Assembly (NCBI GenBank): GCA_002269645.1
Contig: NIVC01001264.1
Span: forward strand, 248,001-312,000
DNA length: 64,000 bases
DNA from: Macrostomum lignano
Lineage: Eukaryota
Reading direction: 5' to 3'
Positions within the stretch are counted from its first letter, which is position 1. Each line of letters begins with the position of its first letter. The notes under the pieces are model-generated. The model was not told the DNA's origin, searched no databases, and was given only the letters and a program-made list of their open reading frames with translations. Made by a program: the position numbers and the translations under genes. Below are positions 10,801 through 22,410 of this stretch, piece by piece.

Positions 10801-13486
10801 GGTGTCTAATGTTTGACATGGTGGCTCCTTTATGCCTGACATGGAGTCACATATATGTTTGAAATGGTGGCGCTTTAATGTTTGACTTGGAGTCACGTAT
10901 ATGTTTGACATGGTGGGTCTTTTATGTTAGGCATTGTGGCTCTTTAATGTTCGACATGGTGGCTGTTTAATGTTCGACATGGAGTCACGCATATGTTTGA
11001 TATGATGGTTATTTTATGTTTGGCATGGTGGTCCTTTTATGTTCGACATGGTGGCTCTATAATGTTTGACATGGTGCCATTTTTATGTTTGACATTGCGC
11101 CTCTTTTATGTTTAGCAGTTTGGGTTTTTAAGATATTTTAATAAAAAAATCATTTTGCACTACTAAGATTCGAACCCATGTCGCTACATTAGCAGTCCAG
11201 TCTGTTCGCATCTAGGCTATCTCTTTTCAATTGGAGAACATGAACTGTTGCCCTTATAATTCAATCCTTACAGCAAGTCATTTGTAGTAAAAAGTTATGA
11301 CATAATCAATTTCTCAGTCAGTCAGTATCAGTCTCAATTTAAGTTAGCAATATGGTTACGCAAATTTAATCAAATCGTGTGTGCATTTCTTCGACACTGT
11401 TTTCAACTTGTTGTGATGCAATCTTTATCACAATCGGAATTCAGCCAGTCAGTTTTTTCTCTAGCATTCTTACAATGCATTTCAAGTCAAAAAATTTGCT
11501 TGACCTTTGCAAAAAAGCATGTTTTTCGAATTTTTTATCTCTTTAACATTGAGCCATTTCTTAGCCAAGATGCATGTACCGTCCCAGGAAAATTTCTGAT
11601 CGAATGGTGCAAGTTTGAAGAAAATCGGTTGAGCCGTTTTTTCTGAAATCGATCGCATACCCACAGACAACTGGCTCAATTGGCTCAACCGATTTTCTTC
11701 AAACTTGCACCAGTCGATCAGAAATTTTCCTGGGACGGTACATGCATCTTGGCTAAGAAATGGCTCAATGTTAAAGAGATTAAATCTTCGAAAAACATGC
11801 TTTTTTGCAAAGGTCAAGCTAAATTTTCGACTTGAAATGTATTGGAAGAATGCTAGAAAAAACACTGACTGACTGAATTTCAATTCTGATAAAAATTGCA
11901 TCACAACAAGTTGAAAACAGTGTCGAAGAAGTGCACACAAAACTTGATTTAAATTGCGTAACAATATTGCTAACTTAAATTGACACTGATACTGGCTGAC
12001 TGAGAAATTGATTATGTCATAACTTTTTACTCTAACCGATTTGCTATAAGAATTGAATTATAAGGGCCACAATTCATGTTCTCCAATTGACAAGAGATAG
12101 CATAGATGCGAACGGACTGGACTGCTAATGCAGCAACCTGGGTTCGAATCTTAGTAGTGCAAAAAGATTTTTTTATTCAAAAACCTTAAAAACACAAAAT
12201 GCAAAACACAAAAGAAGCACAATGTCAAACATTAAAGAGCCACCATGTCTAACAACATTAAAGAGCCACCATGTTTAACATTAAAGAGCCACCATGTCTA
12301 ACATTAAAGAGCCACCATGTCAAAAATAAAAGGACCACCATGTTGAACATTAAAGAGCCACCATGTCTAAAATTAAAGAGCCACCATGTCAAATATTAAA
12401 GAGCCACCATTTCAAACATTAAAGAGCCATCATTACAGACATTAAGGTGCCACCAGGTCAAACATTAAAGAGCCGCCATGTCTAACATTAACGAGTATCC
12501 ATGTCTAGTATATTCGTGACTCCATGTCAAACATTAAAGAGCCATCATGTAGAACATTAAAGAGCCACCATGTCAAACATTAACGAGTCACCATGTCAAG
12601 GATATTCGTGACTCCATGTCAAACATTAAAGAGCCACCATGTCAAGCATAAAAGAGCCACCATGTCGAACATAAAAGAGCCACCATGTCAAACATTAAAG
12701 AGCCACAATGATAAAGAGCCACCATGTCGAACATTAAAGAGCCACCATGTCAAACATTAAGGAGCCACAATGTCAGACATTAAAAAAAACCCGAATCAAA
12801 CATAGGAGCCACGATGTCAACATACGAGTAAAAGAGGCACCATGTCCAACATAAAAGAACCACCATGTCGAACATTAAAGAGCCACCATGTCGAACATTA
12901 AAGAGCCACCATGTCAAACATAAAAGAGCCAATATGTCAAACATTAAAGAGACACCATGTCAGACATTAAAAGAACCCCGAATCAAACAAAAAAGAGTCA
13001 CCATGTAGAACATAAAAGAGCCACCATGTCAAACATTAAAGAGCCACCATGTCAAACATAAAAGATACACAATTTCAAACGTAAAAGTAAGCGCCATGCC
13101 AATTTTAAAGGAGCCACTATAGAGCTAAGGAAATTGTTGCACTAGCTACTTATTGTCTGGTGGATGCTTACTATTTGGGGATGCTTGCTATCTGGGGGAT
13201 GCTTGCTATCCGGGAGGGGGGATGCTTCCTATCTCGGGGATGCTTGCTATTTGAGGGATGCTTGCTATCTGGGGGATGCTTGCTATCTGGGGGATGCTTG
13301 CTATCTGGGGGATGCTTGCTATCTGGGGGATGCTTGCTGTCTTGGGATGATTTATTTTTGCATTACACTTTATTTGAGCAGTTTGTCTGTTGTCTTTGTG
13401 AAGGCTTTATTTGGCTGTCTTTTTGTTACTTGTAGAGAACAGAGATTCTCTCCAGATGTCCCCCAACGGGGGGCGAAGATTGCTAG
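7831..13486 (+). mobile_element. Non-autonomous Helitron-like element (5' part 7831-7880, resumes about 11681 and runs to 13486)
   Basis: 5' TCCCATATACTAGAAATGAG. 3' GC hairpin GTCCCCC-AAC-GGGGGGC, then CTAG (13483-13486) followed by T. No TSD; T|T junction. Internal 22-bp and 18-bp minisatellites. Confidence 0.7.
7882..11672 (-). mobile_element. Second copy of the same Helitron-like family, inserted in inverted orientation into the 5' end of the first
   Basis: 3' CTAG at 7882-7885 with hairpin CCCCCC-ATT-GGGGG. 18-bp (GATAGCAAGCATCCCCCA) and 22-bp (GACATGGTGGCTCTTTAATGTT) arrays. The conserved block 11130-11670 ends in AGTTGTCTGTGGGTATGCGATCGATTTCAGAA on the minus strand, matching 7849-7880. 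Confidence 0.7.
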
Positions 13487-13487
13487 T

Positions 13488-13835
13488 CCTTCTTTCTAAT
13501 CTCCTATCTTTTCTATTTTCTCTCCTCTCCTCTCCTTGATCTCTCCCTTCTCTCCCCTCCTTTCTCTCCTCTCCCTTCTCCTCTTTCTCCTTATTAACAT
13601 GTCTTCTGTCCTTCTCGATCCTCTCATTCCTCGATCCCTCCGGCCTCTCCTCTCCTTCTTCTCTCTTCTCTCCTTTTCGATCTCGATCCTGTCTCCTCTC
13701 CTATTTTTGGTCTTCAAATCTCGTCTCCTCTCTTATACTTTAATTCCTTCGCCTCCTCGATTCTTTATTCTACATGTATCTCCTCTTCTCTATTCCCTCG
13801 ATCTCCTCTCTCGATCACCTCCTCGATCTCTGGCC
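13488..13835. repeat. CT-rich low-complexity tract with TCGATC motifs
   Basis: Read directly. Confidence 0.8.
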
Positions 13836-15048
13836 CGCATTCTGCAGGCACTATAGGTTCTCGATCTGGCCGAGGTAAAAAAGTTTTGCCAGCCCCTGAT
13901 TTAGAGGGACATCGATGTAGACTTGTCTCGATATTTTGGCAATCTGTACTATACATGTAGCTCGTATAGCGAGAATTTCTCTTGGCGACGGCCCCATCCA
14001 TGACACCAAAAGAGTTTTTTTCGAGAAGGTGCAGCATGTGCACGTACAGCTATTGTTAAATATAAGCTGTTGATAACAAAATAGCGCTGTAACTAATCAT
14101 TTTCATAACAAAAGCTCAGGCAGCTTTCATTTATCCTCTTGGCCCTAGCTGAGACCGACCGATTTATACGTTTATATAGTTGAGGGCTTTCGCGTGTCCA
14201 CTACATGGAACTGGCAGGGGCCGGAATTTAGAGTTTATATCATTTTTAACAGACCCCACTCTGCCTTATAAAACTGTTTCGGAGGAAAAACTTTTTTCCA
14301 TTAACATAAAAAATTACATCAATGTCAATGCAGCAGCCTTTTAAAGTACCACCATACAAATGTATTGAAAAAAGTGATATGATAAACTAATTGTATATTA
14401 TTAATTGCAATTTAGCATTTAAAGACCTGGCTATTTGCGACACTCTATTTATATTATCTATCATACCAAATCATAAATTTACTTCACTGAACAATATTTC
14501 GAAGAAAGAAAGCTTTCGCAGAATGGCACCAATTTAACATAATACGTCATATTAACTTTTACGGTCATAGCCTGCCTGCCTATATAGTTTTTCTAGTATG
14601 CAATAGGTCAACACCAGTTATTAGGTTAGTTATTAATAAGATAGTTAAGGGATTTATGGAAGTGTAGTGAGGCTGTTAGATTCTAAAAACATTGGTTTTA
14701 TAGATCTAATTAATAAGTTTAGATCGATCGCGTTTGAGTCGGGTTTATTCATTTTTTTTAAAACCTTGGTCAGGCATAGGCCTTTTAAATGATTAGATGG
14801 AAGAATCTGCTATCAGCTGCTATTGCCCATTGCATTGCATTTACAGCCCCATTTAAAAATCATTTTAATTCATAGACCTAAGCCTAGATTATAGACAGTC
14901 CTCAGAGTCAAAGTTTTGTGCTTTCTATGCCTAGGGGCAGGGGGCCTAGTATAGCTTTGATTTGCTAGATTTAAACTCTGAGTCTTGTAAAATCGCATAG
15001 CTTGTTTAAAAAATTGAAGTAGGCCTATAAGCCTGTTATTTTTTCATA

Positions 15049-18000
15049 ATGTCCTTAAACAAGCCCATTACCCATGAATCTGATACAGAAGAAATTTATG
15101 AAGAAAATAAAGACCAAATTCAGGTAATTTCTATTTTTTTACTTTAGCATTATAATTGTAATATAGAATTAGTATGCTTTTTATATTGAGTCTATAAACA
15201 AGGTTGCTTAATTATATTAAATAAAAATATTGATAGGCCTAAGCCAAATTTGATATTTATCACTTACACTCTTGTTTTGACTTAAGTTATATATATAGAT
15301 AGGCCTTTTTTAAATAAGGCCTATGTTTCTTTTAACCTTAGCCTATTATTAGTATATAGATTCTATAGGGGGGGAGGCTATAATCCATAGTCTAGATCAT
15401 GGCAGGCATATGCTAGAATAAAAGTTCATGCTTTTTTCAATTTTATACCAACGTAAAATTAAAAAAAAATTGATTAGACTAAAATTTTTATATGCTATTT
15501 TAAAGAATATATATTTTAAGAATTCAAAACTTTTAATAAACTTTAAAATAGCTGTTTTTTTTGCTAAAAACTAATATTTTTTGTTTTAATTTTGACTTTT
15601 GTGATTGCATTAATATTTTCTATTTAGTTTCCAATTATTTTTAAAGAGCTTTTGATGTTGGTTGATATTTAATTACACAATTACATTAGCCTTGAATTTA
15701 GGTTCATATTGAACCTAAAAATTCTAACTTTATAGACTAATTTTATTGTGACATGTTTTTGTTAAGTTTAATAGTAGGAATACCAAGCCATTTTTCTGCT
15801 TGTTGAACTACTAAGAGGGTGGGAGGAAATCCCCCCCCCCTAACAATTTTTTTTGCTATGCTAGAATGGAGCAGTGCAGGCACACGAAAATCAATTTTCA
15901 AAAAATGAAAAAAACCAATTGAATTTATTGAATTTATTCAACAAATGAAATTTAGGTTTTTTCATTTTTAAAAGCGTAACCCTTTCTGCATAAAATTGGG
16001 TTCAATATTAAAGTTGAATAGACTAAATAGCTTGTCAAATAAAATATGTATGTATCTCATATATATAAAAGTATATATAATAATATAAGTATATAGCAAC
16101 ATGAGTTTAAGCTTAACTATAGCAATGTCTATCTATAGACATTGCTATAACTATAGAAATGTTAAGAGTATAATGAAAAATCATGCTCATATGTCCTTAC
16201 TCACCTGGTGCCACCTATTGAAGGTGCCGATGGCGTCGGGATAATGACTAAAGGCTCGAGAGACTAGCTGAGAATGTCCATTGTTTAGCAGTTGGGTTTG
16301 CCCATTATTGAAGCTTGATAAGAAAAACCTGACATATTTGCAACAGGATGTCTATAGTCATCTGGTGTAATCTATTGAAGGTGTTGACATTGTTGGGGTG
16401 ATGGCTGAATGCTTGACTGACTAGCTGAGGATGTCCAGCAGTTTATTTTTGCCTACTTGATTGGTGAAACTAGAGAAATTCTTATCAGGCTATCTATAGT
16501 CACCTGGTGTAATATTTTGAAAGAGCCAACAGCATCAGGATGATGATGGAATGCTTGAGAGACTAGTTGAGAATGTCTGATGGTTGATTCTTGCCTACTG
16601 TCAAGACTTGATTGGCAAAACTAGAGAAATCTGCATCAGGATGTTCATAGTCAAATGGTGCTAGCTGCTGAAAGTCCAGAAGCTCCACCTAGGTGAAGGC
16701 TAGTGACCAACAAAGTTAGAACTGATGCATACACATGTGGTCAATGTGCTGATGAAATTTGGAGACTTGGCAAGGCTGCACTGAGGCGTAGTGCTGATTG
16801 GCACATAGGGGTATACTGAATACACTAGCGCTTATGGGAAAAATCTGACCTTCTGGCAGAATTGTAAAATATCTCAATGGTCTGAAAGGCTGGCAACTTG
16901 ATTCTTGTTTGAGAAGGTGCACAACAAAAAGTTAGCCCATGTTCTTGAATTTTGTATGCCTGCATTGCTCCGTTCCGGTGCAGCAAAAAATTGTCAGGGG
17001 GGAATTCCCCCCCCTCTTGGTAGTTCTACTGTTAATTCAGTTGTTTTATTAGTAGGTGCCATTCAATAGATCATATGTGTATAACATTGTTACTAGCAAA
17101 ATCATGAGTTTTATAATAATTTTCTAATTGCAAATAATTTGCAGCAATGAATAATTTATTAAAAGCTTTAATCACTAAAGTGGTATATTTGTAATTATAT
17201 ATATAGCCAATCTTTTTGCCAAACTTGTCATTTTATTTTTCCAAAATATACATCTATTTAAACTAAAAATTCACTTTTGCCAAAGCATCTTTTTCCAAAA
17301 ATTACTTCACCAAAATGGGCTGCACCCAAGTATCATATAGTTTATGCCCAAAAATTTGGGCATGCATTGGCCTTGTATGCCAAAAGTTGGCATGCAAGAC
17401 TCTTGAGAAAATACTATGCGTACACACCTGGTATGTACTTCATAGAATCATGCAGAAGAGTTAAGCCTAGTGTTACTCATAAATAGAAGAAAAAAACTAA
17501 AAAAATATTTTAAGTATAAATTTCAAGCTTTCTAGTTTTGACTTTTATAATTTTTAAGATAGCTCTATAAAAGGTAGAAATAAAAATAAAAGTCTCTAGG
17601 TTTTATCTAAACTAATGAAGCTGATAAAAAATGCTATTTAATATATATATCTATGTACAAAAAGCCTATTTATGACTCTTGATAGATTTTTAATTGCCAA
17701 ATAAGGGTTTTTATTTGCATTTTAATTTACAATAATTAAAATTTACTCAAATTTAATGTAAAAATTATATAGACCTAACCATACATGCGCAACTGCTGGC
17801 CGACCTGGCCGATCTGGCCACCATAAATTGTGGTGGACCAGGGCCAGGGGTAAGTCGCAAAAAATGCCCACCCCAAATACAGATGTAGTACTAATTAGAT
17901 GACGAGGCATTTAGCCCTTATAAGACAGTCAAAGTTACTCCTGCCGTTTACTCAAAATTGTGTTAATGTTGCTCTAGTTTCTTTCACAGGTAAGTCGCAT

Positions 18001-21000
18001 TTTTGGTCAAAAAGTAAGTCGCATGGCCAGTGTAAATCAGGGGGGTTGCGCATGTATGGGCCTAACTCTAAACCTAATTATCACTACTCATCACTTTTTC
18101 TGTTTGCCTTGAAACTTTAACAAAGAAACAAAATCATAGTAGTGACAGACTTAAAATTGTTCATCTGTCTCTAAAACAATTTATTTGATTGTTTACTATA
18201 AATCTACTAGCCTTTTTACTAATATGCTATTTCATACTATAAAAGAAAAACTTTTAAAAATTACCTACTATTCCATGGTTACAACCAACATTCAATTATT
18301 CAAGCTAGTCTATTTACAAAGTAGTAAGAGTTCCATTTTTTATAAATAAACTTTGAATTAATGGATTTATAGTGTTTTTTTCTAGTGCAAGCCTTCTATC
18401 TTTAATTAAAAATAATGGTTTTAATGGTATGACCATTTTTAACTAGAACTATCCTTAGGCATCTGTTGGAATTAAAGTTGAGCAATCTATAGACTTCTAT
18501 TTAACTAATGTAGTTCAAGACTAAGGTTTTGAATTCAAAAGGTACACACATGATGCTATTTTATTAGATTTAAATTTTTTGACCAATGCTAGGTAGCCTC
18601 CTAGTTTTAAGTTTTATACCTTTAATTTTTACCTTGGATGCTAAATATGACTAATTCTAATGCTTAGAAACCTTTTATAAGAAAATTCGCAATGCAAATT
18701 AAACAACAATTTATAAATATTTGTGCAGGAGCAACTGGAAAAAAATCAATGATGCTTATACCTATGTTAACTGTCTTCAAACAGAATTGGAGGTAAGTCA
18801 ACATTGTGTATTGACCTCACTAAAAATGCATTTAATTTGATCTTAATAAGTGATCAACCCAATCTCTAAGTGACCAACCAAAACTCAATAAGAGACCAAC
18901 CCTAATCTCAGAGACCAACTTAATCTCAATAAGTGACCAACCCTAATCTCAATAAGTGACCAACCCTAATCTCAATAAGAGACCAACCTAATCTCAAAGA
19001 GACCAACTTAATCTCAATAAGTGACCAACCCTAATCTCAATAAGAGACCAACCCTAATCTCAAAGAGACCAACTTAATCTCAATAAGAGACCAACCCAAT
19101 CTCAAAGAGACCAACTTAATCTCAATAAGTGACCAACCCTAATCTCAATAAGTGACCAACCCTAATCTCAATAAGACACCAACCCAATCTCAAAGAGACC
19201 AACTTAATCTCAATAAGAGACCAACCCAATCTCAAAGAGACCAACTTAATCTCAATAAGTGACCAACCCTAATCTCAATAAGTGACCAACCCTAATCTCA
19301 ATAAGTGACCAACCAAAACACAATAAGAGACCAACCCAATCTCAATAAGAGACCAACCCAATCTCAATAAGTGACCAACCCAATCTCAATAAGTGACCAA
19401 CCAAAACTCAATAAGTGACCAACCCAATCTCAATAAGTGACCAGCACAATCTGAATGAGTGACCAACGCAAAACAATAAGTATCCTAAACCCAATCCCAC
19501 TGCATTGCCAGGCCTGTACAGCGGAGTTCAACGCCCAGATGACGGCAGCCAAAGTCGAACTGGTCGCTTTACGCAAGCGAATCGGCGCTAAGCGCATTGA
19601 AAAAGCGGCGCCATATTATCGCCAACTGGCCGAGCGGGCTCGAGCTCAGGACCTTGCCGCCGATGCTGCCAGACAATATCAGAGAAGCCTGTCCGAGCTG
19701 CAAGCGGCCAGGGAGACTCTGGAAGTGGCTGAGAATGCTCAGAAGCCTTCTGTTCAAACTGACGCTGCGGGAGCTGCCGCTGCCTGTTTAGATGAAGCTG
19801 CAGCATCCTGGGAGGAGCATTTGAGTCTGGCTAGACAGCGGGTTGTGTACGCTGAGCAGGAGTTGGAGCGGTGCCGATACGAGCACCAGTTGCACTCTAA
19901 GTGAGCGAAAGATTGAAGTTTAAGCCAGGGGGTGCATTGAAATACCTGAGGATATATTACCTAGCAGTTGAGGTTTGCCCCTCTGTCAAGGCTTGATCAG
20001 CGAAACTAGAGAAATTCGCAACAGGGTGTCCATAGTCACCTGGTGCCACCTGTTGAAGGTCCAGAAGCTCCGCCTGGGTGAAGGCCAGTGACCACCGAAG
20101 TCGGAGCTGATGTGGTCGAAGTGCTGATGAAATTTGGAGGCTTGGCAAGGCTGCACTGAGGCGAAGTGTTGATTGGCGCACAGGGGTGTACTGAATACAC
20201 TGATGCTTGTGGGAAAAATCCGACCTTGTGCCAGAATCGTCGAATATCTGGACGGTCCAAAGAGCTAGGTAGCCCTTTGGCAGTTCTACTGTTAATATGC
20301 ACGAAGATAGGGTTATGCAGTGCGAATATTAAGGAAACTACATGAAGTTTATCGTATGCCAAACCTAAGCAATAAAACTGTCAACCAATTACGCCAACGT
20401 GCAGGCAATACTCCAAAGCGTCGGAGCAGTTGGCTTCTCTAAAAGCCAAACAGGAACGGCTAATAGAATCGTGCCGGCCATTCTACGAACTGAAAATGGC
20501 TCGCGAGCGCACCCTCACGGAGCTGGAGGACCGGCGTCAGCAGCTGACTGAACGCCTGGGTGGACAGAAGCGCGCTCACAAGCAGGCCATGTCGAGTCTG
20601 GAAGCGATCAGCTCCGATATGCACATGTCCAGGCGGCTGGCACAGTTGCACAGGTGTGCTTATTGCATTGAGAACTGCTGTGACATTAGCTGGTTTCGAG
20701 CTTCTGTAAAGCTTCGAGCTCATGTGAAGCTTCGAGCTCGTGTGAAGCTTTGAGATTGTGTGAAGCTTCTGGTTTGTGTGAAGCTTCGAGCTCGTGTGAA
20801 GCTTCGAGATTGTGTGAAGCTTCGAGATTATGTGAAGCTTCTGGTTTGTGTGAAGCTTCGAGATCGTGTGAAGCTTCGAGCTTATGTGAAGCTTCGAGAT
20901 TGTGTGAAGCTTCTGGTTTGTGTGAAGCTTCGAGCTTGTGTGAATTAGCTTCAAGCTTGTGTGAAGCTTCGAGCTTGTATGAAAGTTTGAGCTTGTATTT

Positions 21001-21443
21001 AAGAATAGTATGACTCAATTGATTTCTGTTATTAAAAATGCTTGATCAATGCTAATAAAAAATCACATCCTACACGTAGGCGCCGGCTGCAGCAGCAGGT
21101 CTCTCCAGCAGATCACGTGTCCATCTCGCTCACTGCGGACGCCGAGTCCATGCGCAGCGACTGCTCCGAGGAAAGCCGGCAGCTGACCCTGCCGCCAGCT
21201 GCTCCCAGCTCCGCCTCGGTGCCGCCTTCGCCTGCTCGCGGCCGCATCGTCAGCCGGCTGGGTCACGTGACCGAGCATCCGCTATTACAGTCCGTCTCTG
21301 GCTTGTCCGCTTCTTCTAGTAGCAAATCTAGCAATGCCGCCGCAGCCACTGCCGCTGCTGCTCCACCATCCTCACCGACGCCTGCAGATGCTCGTCATTC
21401 GACTGCGTCAGCTTCTTCACCTGCCACTCATGATCCCTCTTAA
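15049..21443 (+). CDS. SH3BP5: SH3 domain-binding protein 5 (SAB) family; exons 15049-15123, 18729-18792, 19512-19900, 20405-20653, 21080-21443; +1 frameshift in exon 2 as assembled
   Basis: The spliced reading gives DQIQ|EQLEK(I)NDAY...TELE|ACTAEF...KRIG.KRIEKAAPYY...ARETLEVAE and RPFYELK...ALSS-like LEAISSDMH..RR, which match the SH3BP5 coiled-coil motifs. All introns are GT-AG. Exon 2 is 64 nt (A7 run at 18739-18745) where 63 is needed. The start exon is less certain. Confidence 0.82.
15795..15905 (-). repeat. Inverted partial copy of the terminal part of the dispersed repeat at 16190-17030
   Basis: Its reverse complement aligns to about 16930-17030 (GCCTGCA.TGCTCC.TT...GCAAAAAA.TTGT.AGGGGGG..TT.C..CC.CTCTT.GTAGTTC). 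Confidence 0.7.
16190..17030 (+). repeat. Dispersed repeat family copy A, with internally tandem ~150-bp subunits and a terminal GGGGGG-AATT-CCCCCC hairpin
   Basis: Homologous to 19960-20295 and 46555-46910 (shared CCAGAAGCTCC, TGAAATTT.GAG.CTT, TGAATACACT, GGGAAAAAT..GACCTT, TAGTTCTA). Confidence 0.75.
17780..18058. mobile_element. hAT-type MITE, 279 bp
   Basis: Perfect 14-bp TIR CATACATGCGCAAC / GTTGCGCATGTATG. The 8-bp flanks GACCTAAC and GGCCTAAC match at 7/8 and are a probable TSD. Confidence 0.7.
18845..19470. repeat. 23-bp minisatellite (AAGTGACCAACCCTAATCTCAAT) in SH3BP5 intron 2
   Basis: Read directly. Confidence 0.95.
19960..20295 (+). repeat. Dispersed repeat family copy B in SH3BP5 intron 3
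   Basis: Aligns by eye with 16590-16920 and 46600-46800. Confidence 0.75.
20693..21000. repeat. 18-bp minisatellite (GTGTGAAGCTTCGAGCTT) in SH3BP5 intron 4
   Basis: Read directly; same unit as 23068-23782. Confidence 0.95.
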
Positions 21444-21644
21444 GACATGCTCGGAAGCCATTCGAGCATGTCTGGTATTTTGTGTCCCTTTCCTTGTACA
21501 CCACATTTTCTGTATACCAAATGTACTGCTGTTCTGCGCCACGTGGACTTCAGTGAAGTATTTCTTTCTATTTCTATTGAAACTTTTACTCGAAAAGTCT
21601 GTGTTTCAATCATATATTATAGTGTGTATTTTGTACTGTCTGTG

Positions 21645-22410
21645 TCCGCATCTATCCTTGTCTGTGTCCACTCTATCCCTGTCTGTGTCCACTCTATCCC
21701 TTTCTGTGTCCACCTCTATCCCCGTCTGTGTCCACCTCCACCCCTGTCTGTGTCCACCTCCACTGTCGGTGTCCACCTCTATCCCTGTCTGTGTCCACAT
21801 CTATCCCTGTCTGTGTCCACCTCTATTCTTGTCTGTGTCCACCTCTACCCATGTCTGTGTCCACCTCCACTGTCTGTGTCCACCTCTACCCCTGTCTGTG
21901 TCCACCTCCACTGTCTGTGTCCACCTCTATCCCTGTCTGTGTCCACCTCCACTGTCTGTGTCCACATCTATCCTTGTCTGTGTCCACTCTATCCCTGTCT
22001 GTGTCCACATTTATCCTTGTCTGTGTCCACCTCTATCTTTGTCTGTGTCAACATCTATCCTTGTCTGTGTCCACATCTATCCTTGTCCGTGTCCACATCT
22101 ATCCTTGTCTGTGTCCACTCTATCCCTGTCTGTGTCCACCTCTATCCTTGTCTGTGTCCACCTCTATCCTTGTCTGTGTCCAAATCTATCCTTGTCTGTG
22201 TCCACCTCTTTCCCTGTCTGTGTCCACCTCCACTGTCTGTGTCCACCTCTACCCCTGTCTGTGTCCACCTCTTTCCCAGTCTGTCCACCTCTACCTCTGT
22301 CTGTGTCCACCTCTTTCCCTGTCTGTGTCCACCTCTACCCCTGTCTGTGTCCACCTCTTTCCCTGTCTTTGTCCACCTCTTTCCCTGTCTGTGTCCACCT
22401 TTATCCCTGC
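21645..22410. repeat. ~22-bp minisatellite (CTCTATCCCTGTCTGTGTCCAC) downstream of the SH3BP5 stop
   Basis: Read directly. Confidence 0.95.

Larger units (their letters stand above)
7691..13898. mobile_element. hAT (Buster/Charlie-type) non-autonomous shell split by nested Helitron-like insertions
   Basis: Left end CAGGGGTTGGCAAACC (7691) and right end GTTTTGCCAGCCCCTG (13883-13898) match at 14/16 as inverted repeats. Subterminal GGCCCGC/CAGCCC motifs are present. TCTCGATCTC-type sequence occurs on both sides of the insert. The 8-bp flanks do not match, so no TSD is supported. Confidence 0.5.

Noticed and set aside
12098-12160. Functional tRNA-Ser(GCU) gene
   Set aside because: The acceptor stem does not pair, the anticodon stem is mismatched and there is no long variable arm; kept only as a tRNA-like cassette.
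7881-13487. Foldback/TIR transposon with kilobase-long inverted arms
   Set aside because: Both ends are hairpin-CTAG 3' termini with no TSD, and a separate TC 5' end lies at 7831; nesting of two Helitron-like copies fits better.
18845-19470. Interstitial telomere (CCCTAA within the unit)
   Set aside because: At most one hexamer per 23-bp unit, never in tandem.
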